A stretch of DNA of 55,930 nucleotides from Rhizaria sp. SCN 62-66. Its lineage: Eukaryota. Position 1 is the stretch's first letter; every line of letters starts with the position of its first letter. Position numbers and translations under genes: made by a program. Shown here piece after piece: positions 47,101 to 55,930 of this stretch. The stretch is taken from NCBI GenBank assembly GCA_001724265.1, contig MEDY01000248.1, forward strand, positions 1 to 55,930, given 5' to 3'. The notes under the pieces are model-generated. The model did no database searches, was not told the origin of the DNA, and saw only the letters and a list, made by a program, of their open reading frames with translations.

Positions 47101-50100
47101 ACTCTCCGTTGTCCTCCTCGTCGTCGTAGTCCTCGTCGCTCACGTGCGCAGCGCGCCCGCCGCTGCTGTCACAACCGTTGAGACCGCGGCCAGCGCCAGC
47201 GCCAGCGGAGGTGGCGGTCTCCCCGACGTCCATGGCGGCCATAGCCGCGGCCGCGGCGGCCTTGGCGGGCGCTGAGAGACCCAGCCAGCGCTCGAGCGCG
47301 GGCAGCCCGCCGCGGCGAACCCAGTCGGGCACGCGGCCCTGCGCCACCAGCCCCGCACAGTCGGCCACGCCCGCCGCCGCAACCGACAGCGGAGACGCAG
47401 AGAAATTGAGCCGCGTCGCGTCGCTGCCGCCGGCGGCGGCGGACCGGGGGGGCGTGTTGGTGGCGCTGTTGCCGCTGCCGCAGCGGGGGCGCAGGAGGAA
47501 GTCGTTACCGTCAGCGTCAGCGTCGTTCTCGTAGTCCTCGTCCTCGTAGTCCTCGTCCCTGTTAGCGTCAGAGGAGTAGTAGCTCTGGCCGGGGGCGGGC
47601 GCCACGAACACGTTGCTGTTGTCGCCGCCAGCGCTCGCGTCGGCGTGGCCGTACACGCCCTCGTAGTCCGCGCTCTGCGCCTGAGCCTGAGCCTGAGCCT
47701 GAGACTGAGACTGAGTGCTGGAGCGAGCAGAGCGGGCGACAGGCTGGTACATGGCCTCGCGCCGGCGGGCCTCGGCCACAGCGGCCGCGGAGCCCGGCGC
47801 AGCGCGCTCGGCTGCCAGACGCGCCAGCCGTGCCTCGGCCGCCGCGATCGCGCCCGCGGCAGCGGAGTGCGCACTCGCGTTGTGCGCGCCATCAGCGTCA
47901 GCGTCGGCGTCGGCGCCGTCGCTGCTGCCGTGGACGTAGGTGCCGGCCAAGGAGCGCGCGCGGTGCGGGTCCACGCGCGACATCCAGGCCGTCACGTGCG
48001 CGCGCGCGCGGCCCAGCGCCGCGTCCGCAGCCGCCAGGCCGTCGGCACCGTCTCCGTCCGCGTCAGGGTCAGCGTCAGGGTTAGCTTCGTCGTCCAAGTC
48101 GCGGCCATAGTCGTCGTCATCGTCGGCGTACTTGAGGGCGTACTCGTGGTCGCTCACGTAGCGCCGCTCACGGTCACCGGAGTTACTATGGGCCGAGGCG
48201 GGGGCCGCGGGGCCGGCGTAGTAGGCGCGCATGCGCTCCGAGAGCAGAGCCGCGGCGTCGTCCTCGAACTGCTCACGGTCACTCTGCTCGCGGTCACTCC
48301 GCTGCTGCCCATGGTCGTTGTACTCGTAGTCGAACTCGTTGTCCTCGTCGTCGTCGACCGTCGCGGCGGCGGCGGCGGCGGCGGCGGCCGCGGTGGCGGC
48401 AACCTGCTCGAAGCGCTGGTGAAACGGGTAGTCGCCCCCGTCGTCCCCGTCGTCCTCCTGCTCGTAGTAGCCGCGACCGTTGCCGTTGCTGAGATCGTCG
48501 GGATCGCCGTCGCCGCCCCCGTAGCCGAGGCCGTACTTCGGGCTGGCGCCGCGGGCCGTCACCGGCCGCGGGCTGCCGCTGGCGTTGCCCTGGTATAGCG
48601 ACTGAGACTGCTGCTGCTGCTGCTGCTGCTTGCTGGGGGTGGCGTTGCGGCTACCGTAGCCCTGGCCCTGACTCTGGCCCTTGGTCTGCTTGGTCTGCTC
48701 GAAGGAGGACATGAGCGCGCCCAGCCGCGCCTCGCGCTCCAGCGCCTCGGCCTCGACATGCTTGCGCGCGCCCGTCGACAGTCGCACCTCGCGGAACAAC
48801 CGCGACGACGACGCCGGGCTCAGCGACACCGCGCCGCTGCCGCCGCGATTGCTAGTATAGTCGGCGTCGGCGTCTGCGTCGGCGTCCGCGGCTGCGGCGT
48901 CTGCGGCGGCGGCCTCGGCGGGGCTGTAGTGGAGCGAGTTGTTGCTGCGGTCCAGGCGCAGGTGCGCGGGCAGCGCGGCCGAGGCGCGCTCGAGCGCGTC
49001 GAAGCGCGAGTAGAGGCGGTCGCGGTCCCAAGCGAAGGCCTGCGCCAACAGACCGAGGCGCTCCGTCTCGGCCGCGTCGTCGTTGTCGTCGGCCGCCGTC
49101 GCGTCGCGCTCCGGCCCCCGCTTGCGCTGCTGCTACTGGTACTGCTGCTGCTGCAGCTGGCGCTCGATGGCGCGGGCCTCAGCCTCCATGGCGGCCTCGG
49201 CCTCAGCCTCCGCACGGGCCCGGGCATCAGCTTCAGCCTCAGCAGCCTCCGCCTCAGCTGCCTCGGCGGCGGCGGCCTCTGCAGCGGCGGCGGCGCCGGC
49301 CTGATAGCCCGCAAGGTACTGCTCATAGTAGCCCCCGCCAGCGCCGGCGACCTGCTCCTGGTCGTAGTCGCTCTCGTCGTCGTCGTCGTCGTCAGCGTTG
49401 TTGTTGGCAGCGTAGCCGCTGCCCGAGTTGCCGGCGCTGACGGCTGCGTTGCCGCCGCGGGAGCTGGCGTAGGTGAACTGGACTCTCTGCGGCGACTGCA
49501 GACGCGACTGCAACTGCGGCTGGGAACGGATGATTTGGTCATAGTACGCACGCTCAGCCTCAGCCTCGGCCTCGAGAGTGCCCGCGTCAGCATCGTCGTC
49601 ATCGTAGTCGTTGCCGTTGGTGTTGCTGTAGTTCAGGTGATACGACTCCTCCGCCTCAGCCTCTGCCTCTGCCTCCGCCTCTGCCTCCGCCTCTGCCTCC
49701 GCCTCTGCCTCCTCAGCCTCTGCCTCGGCGGCAGCGTCCTCCGCCGCGGCTGCCGCGCGCGCCGCCGCCTCGGCCGCAGCCTCCGCGGCCTCGGCGAGAG
49801 CCTCGGCGCGCGCGCGCTCGCGGTCCGCCACATCCCGCAGCGGCGACCGCCCGGGCCCGGGGACGGTCCGGCCCCGGCTCGGGCTCAGACCGTGGCCGTG
49901 GCCGTAACCGTAACCGGGGCTCTGGCTCTGAGCGCCAGAGGCGGAGACCTGCTTGAGGGGAGACCGGCCGTGGCCGCGACCGGGGGTGGCAAGGCGGGCC
50001 TGCGACTGCAGGAGGGCCTGGGTCTGCAGCGACTGCAGCGTCTGGATGGGGCGGCCGCCGGCGGGCGTGCTGCCCGCACTGGCGGTGTGACGAGTGGGCG

Positions 50101-51543
50101 TGGCGGCGGCAGCGGCGGCGGTGACCGTGGCCGCCGGCAGCTGCTGCAACTGCTGCTGCTGCTGGGCGTTGAAGTAGGCCGCGGAGGGGGGCGAGCGCGC
50201 CACGAAGGGGCTGCCAGACGGCGCGGGCGCAGGGACAGGCGCAGGCACAGCGGGGGCGGGGGCGTAGACGTCGGAGTAACGGACGAAGCCGCCGTGAGCA
50301 GAGTGGCTGTGAACAGGGGCGACATGAGCGCTACTTAGACCGTCGCCGCTGTCCAAGTAGGCGTACGCGTACGGGTTCGAGTAAGGGTCCTCGACAGCGA
50401 CAGGAGCAGCAGTCGTGTAAGTACCCTAGCTGTAAGTACCCTGGCCGTAAGCCCCACCGCGCGGCTGACCGCCGTAGGCCCCAGCGTAGCTCACGCCGCT
50501 GCCCCCGTTGCCCTCGCTGTCGCCACTGCCCCCGACATGGCCGGGCAGCGCGATCTCGAAGGGCTGGTGCGGGGCGAGGCTGGCGAGGTGGCTCAGGACC
50601 GTGGGCAGCGTGAAGGTCGCGCCGCCGTGGGTGCGCGACCGCAGCAGCAGCAGCCCGCCACCAGCGGCGCTGCGGGAGGCGGGGAGGCCGAAGCGGGCGC
50701 GGATCCTGTGAGACATGAGATGAGATTTGAGCAAAAGAAGTGAAGAAGTGAGATACAAGTTGAGAAAGAGCAATAGAACACGTCATTCAACATATTTCGA
50801 GACTATCGTCGCGATGTCTCGGCATGTGCGACGTACCGCGCGTCGAGCTCGCTGGGCGTGGTGACCGAGGGCGGGGCGAGGAAGTGCTCGGTGACGCCGC
50901 GGTGGGCCACTGCGACGAAGGCCAATGCCGCGCCGGGCGTCGCCGCCGCCAGCCGCGGGTCAGCCAGCGCCGCGGAGGCGCTGCTGGCGGAGGCGTTAGC
51001 AGCAGTCGTCAGGGACTGCAGCTGGGGCTGGGGCGGGGGGACGTTTCCCATGGCTGCGGCGACGGCCGCCTTGGCCGCGGCGCGCGCGGCGGCGCGGGTG
51101 GGCAGCGCAGTCTCGTAGACCGCGGCACTGGCGGCGGGGCCCGTGGGGACGGGGCGGCCGAAGCGCGCGGACAGGCGGCGGCGTGTGGGTGAGATGGGGT
51201 CGGTGACGCCGGGGACGTAGACGGGCGCCGCGAGGCGGGCGGCATGTGGCATCAGCGGGTGCGCGTTCGAGGGTGTGAACGACGGCGAGGGCGGCGCGCG
51301 CGGCTGCGGCGAAAAGCGCGGAGCCGCCGCCGACGCGGGCAGCGATGACAGCGACGGCGACGCGGCGTACCCGGCGTACCCGGCCCCAGCAGCAATCGCG
51401 GCAGCGCCGTTGTAGGCGGCGGCGCGCTGGGGAGAGGACCAGGCGGGGGCACGGGCAGTCGCCGCGTGCAGCAGGTCCGCCGGGGACGGGGGCGCGCGCG
51501 CAGAGGGCGTGCGGGAGACCCAGGGGGAGCTGCGGGACGACAT
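41121..51543 (-). CDS. Giant acidic, Ala/Asp/Glu-rich coiled-coil protein of unknown function (~3272 aa), 5 exons, 3 in-frame TAG codons
   Basis: Exons 51543-50837, 50705-44348, 44179-42904, 42709-42135, 42023-41121. All four GT-AG introns are phase-compatible (2, 0, 1, 0), total 9819 nt. TAG in frame at 50426-50428, 49133-49135 and 41808-41810, each flanked by continuous coding-type sequence. Ends TGA. Confidence 0.8.
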
Positions 51544-52053
51544 CGGGGCCCGGGCGCGAAAGCGAGGGATCCGGGGCGCGGGCGGGTCGGCGGCGGGAAG
51601 CGGCGAAGCGAAGGAAACTCAGAGACGCGAAGTCTGTGTTGTTTTTGAAAGCTAAAATAAAGCAAAAAGAAAACAGAATTTAATTATTGCAATCAGAACA
51701 TTATGTTTTATATCGATATTCATGTATCCACGCGCGTAATTAAGCTGTCATGCGAAAACAAGGTAGATTTAGTTCTCGTCTTTTCGAATTGCTTGTTGCA
51801 TGCCAGCCGCTCGTGGTGGCTGGCGAGGACTGGTGGCTGGCGCCTAAGTGAGCAGTCGGCACTTTACAGTATATCTCGACAAAATCTCACTAGGTCGAAA
51901 CAAATACAGAGTATATGACTTAAGAATAGTATCAAAATAAAATATTGTATTCTTCAAGTTAGTTTCCCCTGGCCTCCTCCAAACAAGGCCATTCCTTCAT
52001 ATGTACACGGCACTGACTCGTCTCAGCACTGCTTTCGTTCTGCGCCTTGAAAC

Positions 52054-53049
52054 TCACCAGTGGAAGAAGTAGAAGTACGCAATGCACGCTATGCCAAAGT
52101 GAACGGCGGCGACGGCGAGCACGAGCAGCAGCCCGGCGCTCTTGTGGCTCTCGGCCTCGTCGTCGTTGCCCTGGGGCACGGGCGCGGCTAGGAAGTACGA
52201 GTAGATGTTGCGCGTCAGGAAGAAGGCCGAGACCAGCCAGGCGATGAACACGCCCAGCAGGTTCAGGTACGGCAGCGGGATGGCGCAGATGGGGCAGATG
52301 GGGATGTAGATGGCGAACGAGTAGCCGTAGAGCGAGATGATGTTGACGAGCGGCCGACCCGCACTGAGCTTGCGCAGAGCCAGGTACACGCCCACGGGGA
52401 AGATGATCAGCGAGAGGTAGAAGACGGTCGCCGCGAGCGAGATCTTCTCAAAGTCGTAGCTCCACACCATGTCGTTGGCGTTGCTGTTGAGGTAGTCGAC
52501 GAGGTTGCCTGTGATGGCGAGCACGAAGATGAGCGTGGTGACGATCCAGAAGGGGCAGTACAGGTCCGGCTCCGGCACCACCGAGTGCGCCAGGCCAAAC
52601 GCCCATGCTGCCGGCTGCTTCTGCCCGGCCGCGGCGGCGTCCGCGGCGGCCTCGGCGGCGTCGGCGGTGGCGGCGTCCGCGGCCACGGCGGCGGCGACCT
52701 CGGCCGCGGAGGGGTAGAAGGGCGGACCGATGGGCACGAGTGCACGCATGATGCGCCGGCCGGCTTCCTCGGAGCTGATGTCGAAGAACGACTGGAAGTA
52801 GCTCATGGAGCACACGCCCGCGTCCGCCGTAGGGGCGCGCGGCGCACCGGTGCTAACAGGAGCAGCAGCATCAGAGGCGGAGTGCGCGCTGGCGTTGTGT
52901 CCCATCGACATCTGACCCATGCTGTGGCTGCTGTAGGGCGGTGGGGCGCCGCCGTCGCTGGGGCCGGCGGCGTTGAGCGAACCCGTGAGGGGCGCAAGGG
53001 CCATGGAGCCCGCAAGGTCGAGGTCGTCGTAGCTGCCAGGGGTGTCCAT
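52054..53049 (-). CDS. YIPF1: Yip1-domain Golgi membrane protein, YIPF1/YIPF2 type
   Basis: YFQSFFDIS...RRIMRALVP, PDLYCPFWIVTTLIFVLAITGNL, YDFEKISLAATVFY, LYGYSFAIYIP, five TM segments. Ends TGA. ATG 53049 used here. A phase-compatible upstream exon (~53383-53417) spliced to an acceptor near 53139 could extend the N-terminus. Confidence 0.88.
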   Translation of the reverse strand: MDTPGSYDDLDLAGSMALAPLTGSLNAAGPSDGGAPPPYSSHSMGQMSMGHNASAHSASDAAAPVSTGAPRAPTADAGVCSMSYFQSFFDISSEEAGRRIMRALVPIGPPFYPSAAEVAAAVAADAATADAAEAAADAAAAGQKQPAAWAFGLAHSVVPEPDLYCPFWIVTTLIFVLAITGNLVDYLNSNANDMVWSYDFEKISLAATVFYLSLIIFPVGVYLALRKLSAGRPLVNIISLYGYSFAIYIPICPICAIPLPYLNLLGVFIAWLVSAFFLTRNIYSYFLAAPVPQGNDDEAESHKSAGLLLVLAVAAVHFGIACIAYFYFFHW

Positions 53050-54349
53050 TGGGGGGCAGGCAGCGGCGGAAGCGCAATGACTGAAAAGGGCGACGGCGAC
53101 GGACTTGGTCTTGCCGCTGGTTGGAGTGTGCGAAGCGCTAGAGAGGGTTGAAAGAGACAAACATGTGTGTTATAAGCGCACAAGAGAAATGCAACCAGTT
53201 AGCAATGACAGGTTTCGTTAAGGATAGTAAAGGGGGCGAGAGACAAGGGCAATGAGGGAAGGTATGCTGAAGCAAACAGAACGATGGCGACTGATGCTCG
53301 AGGACGATAGATCAGGCGCTGTACGGGCTGTGTTGAACATTAAATTAAAACTTAGAGTAAAATCACATTATAAATGCAATACCAGTGCGGTTCCAGGTTC
53401 ATTATCGGAAAGTTCATTGTAATCAAAAGGGAATAACTCGTCCTCGCTGGGTCTGATCACGTCAAGCACGAAGCACAAGCCTTGGCTCGAACTCGGCCAC
53501 GCTTTTCGTTACCGCGCCGCGCAGAACAAAAACGTCACTTTGTTGATATCTCACGTAATCCAACCTATTTCTAACCCGGACACTTTTGACAAGCTATGTG
53601 AATTTAACCCGATGTCAAAATCATGATTTTTATTCTTCTTAGAGATGTATGTATCCCAGAAGAGCATTCATAGTGATTTTCAGAAAGGGCAGCCTATATG
53701 TATAAAATCATGTCGTCCTTAAACACGAACACTGGTGTCGAATATATACGTATGATTCTATGCTATGTTAAGATATAAGCATGAGATAACTTGATTGATG
53801 TCTATTATCGCGTTGTTCTCGTAACCCATTAGAGCTGAAAATGACTTCTTTGTTTTTCGGTCCAGCGACTGCTTCTTGGCTCGCCGCTTTCGATGAACCA
53901 ACAAAAGGGCCAGGTTTCAAAGTCGACAGCGTCGCCCATGATCAGTGAATTGCATCCTGGATCACGTATCCTTGAGCAATTTTAGTCTAATATTTCCCAT
54001 TTTAATTATAGATCTACCTGCGTCAACTACTGCCTATATCTCGCTATGATCGACCGGCTTGACGCCAGTCCTGGCGCGCAAAGCTTGCCAACCTTCGCGA
54101 TGCTCCACCCAGCCAGAATCTTTTGGCTTTCTCGACCATAGGGCAAATTAAGAGACACATTTTAAGTATCTTGTTATTTTCCCCGATCTACCCCGCGCAA
54201 CACTCACTATGTCAACCATTCTCCACTCTTTTCTGTTTTCGTTTCGTGTCCGCCCGCTCCAATTGCCTTCTCACTGCCCCGCGTCTCCCTGCCCCACAAC
54301 GCACTGCATCGCGCTCGCGACCGTGCCTGCCAGGGACCCGAATCCTCCT

Positions 54350-54444
54350 ATGAGCGATTCCCCCGGCTCTTCGCCCCTCAAGCGGGAGCCGCCGCAGTCC
54401 CCGACGGCGCACTCAGCCGCGCCAACTTCTGCCGCTCCAAACAT

Positions 54445-54495
<51 letters not shown>

Positions 54496-55930
54496 TGGCA
54501 GCAGTCGCAGTGCCGGTGCCGGCGCCGGGGACGACGACTCGATCTTTTCTTTCCTGTCCTCCGCCACAGCCACGGGCGCTGACCCCTTCGCGGCCATGCC
54601 CACCGACGCCGAGCTCGCTGCGCTCTCGGCCCACCTCACCGATAACAACAGCAACGCTAGCAATAACACCAACACACCCGCTGTGCCCACCGCAGCGCCC
54701 GCGGCGGCCCCCACGGCGGCGGCGCAGGCGAGCGCGACGCACGCGGCGCTGGTGCGCGCGCAGCGGGATCTTGCCGAGGCCACCGCGCGCGCCGCCGCGC
54801 TCGAGGCGGACCTGGGCTCGGCGCGCCGCGCGCTCGCCGACGCCGCGGCCGAGGCACGCGCGCTCACGCACAAGAACGAGCACCAAGCCGCGCAGCTCGT
54901 CGAGGCCCGCCGCGCCGCCGCCGCCGCGGCCGCGGCTGCGCGCGCGCACGAGGCCACTGTCACCGAGCGCGACCGGCTGGCCGAGACGGCGCGGCGCCAG
55001 CAGGCAGAGCTCGACAGGCTCATTGCCGACGCCTCAGAGCAGGTATGTTGCGTAGTATTGCTCAAAACAAGGAAAAACCTTACCTATAGTATATAGCATA
55101 TTCATGAAATCTTGTTCGTTCATAACCTAAACTTACATTCTCTCGCTTCTTTGTTGTTTCTCTGTTTTTTTTTTCTCCCCCCTAGGGCGAGCGCGCCGCC
55201 GCGGCGGACTCACGCGTGCGCACCCTGGAGCTCTCGGTGCAGCAGACCGAGGCGCGCGCGCTGCCCGTGCAGTTCCAGCTCGCCAAGGCCTCGCAGGAGG
55301 TCGCCGAGCTGACCAAGCAGGTCGCCTACCTCGAGACCGAGGTCGCGGCCAAGCGCGACGCCGCACTGCGCGCGCAGACCGAGGCGGCCGACAAGGTGGC
55401 CGCGGCCTCGGTCAAGGCGCACGCCGCGCACCAGGAGGCCGCGACGCTGCGCCAACAGCTGCTCACGGTCACGGCGCGCGCCGAGGATGCCGCCGCGCGC
55501 GCCGCGGGCGACTCGGCGGACTTGCGGCGGCAGCTCGACGCGCGCACCGAGGCCATCGAGCGCGCGCACGCGCAGCTGGCTACGGAGACGGCGCTCGCCA
55601 CCGCGCACAAGCGCGGCAAGGACGAGGCGCAGGCCAAGCTCGCCGCGGCCGCGCGCGCGCACGACCGCCTGGAACGCGACCTGGCGGCGGCGCGCGCGCA
55701 GGGCCAGCGGCAGGCCGAGCAGGCAGCCGAGGCGGCGGGCCGCGCGCTGGAGCAGGAGCGCCGCGCCGAGGCCGCCGAGCGCGCCGTCGCCGAGGCCGTG
55801 GCCGCCGCGGACGCCGCCGCGGCCAGGGCCAGTGCCGCTGACACGCGCGCCGCCGAGGCCGAGGCCAAGGCCGCCGCCGCGGAGGCCGCCGCGGCCGCTG
55901 CGCGCGCCGCCGCGGCCGCCGAGACCCCGA
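54350..55930 (+). CDS. 5' part of a long coiled-coil protein, possibly nuclear basket TPR/Mlp1; continues beyond the window
   Basis: Exon 54350-55042, phase-0 intron 55043-55185 (gtatgt...cctag), open frame 55186 to window end. The segment PVQFQLAKASQEVAELTKQVAYLETEVAAK resembles the conserved TPR/Mlp1 N-terminal block. CDS confident, family tentative. Confidence 0.6.
54444..54503 (+). repeat. (AGC)n coding microsatellite (poly-Ser); a similar run lies at 31295-31324
   Basis: Long cagcagcag run encoding ~18 Ser. Confidence 0.85.

Noticed and set aside
8123-50428. Alternative explanations for the in-frame TAGs: pyrrolysine, A-to-I editing to Trp, leaky readthrough or mass pseudogenisation
   Set aside because: No Pyl machinery is known in eukaryotes. 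Trp does not fit poly-Gln or acidic contexts. The 3' contexts vary (no shared CARYYA/CTAG signal), and several TAGs per gene would make leaky readthrough inefficient. Random nonsense decay should also give TGA/TAA and would not explain zero TAG gene ends. Disfavoured, but not formally excluded without RNA or protein data.
53475-53505. Pol III box-like sequence (minus strand TGGCCGAGTTCGAGCC), checked as a possible suppressor tRNA
   Set aside because: No cloverleaf can be folded around it: no acceptor or anticodon stem.
1881-55868. Many long antisense or alternate-frame ORFs in the supplied track (e.g. 26870-29719 minus, 5410-6975 minus, 48758-50338 plus)
   Set aside because: Shadow ORFs caused by very high GC and scarce stop codons. 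They overlap recognisable genes and translate to Arg/Pro/Gly-rich sequence without motifs.

Overview
Gene-dense nuclear DNA from a eukaryote, most likely a flagellated protist. Exons are GC-rich and packed with Ala/Ser/Asp/Gly/Gln low-complexity insertions. Intergenic gaps are short and AT-rich, and introns are ~120-195 nt GT-AG, mostly with GTACG donors. Recognisable genes: Tom22-like, PRP18, ALKBH6, MSH4, two tandem GT7 (beta-1,4-galactosyltransferase-like) paralogs, tRNA-Asn(GUU), SWI5, a C2HC zinc-finger protein, DNAAF5/HEATR2, RTEL1, a frameshifted Crinkler/RHS-type P-loop NTPase gene, a ~3,270-aa acidic coiled-coil protein, YIPF1-like and a probable TPR/Mlp1 N-terminus. Main discovery: the window appears to use a variant nuclear genetic code. 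TAG occurs in frame at 10 well-supported sites (12 with two weaker ones) in 5 genes, often inside CAG runs. All 14 gene ends I could define are TAA or TGA, never TAG. This points to UAG as a sense codon, most likely Gln, while UAA remains a stop: a rare uncoupling of UAA and UAG. It explains why the supplied ORF track splits several genes. All family assignments are from recalled motifs, not database searches.
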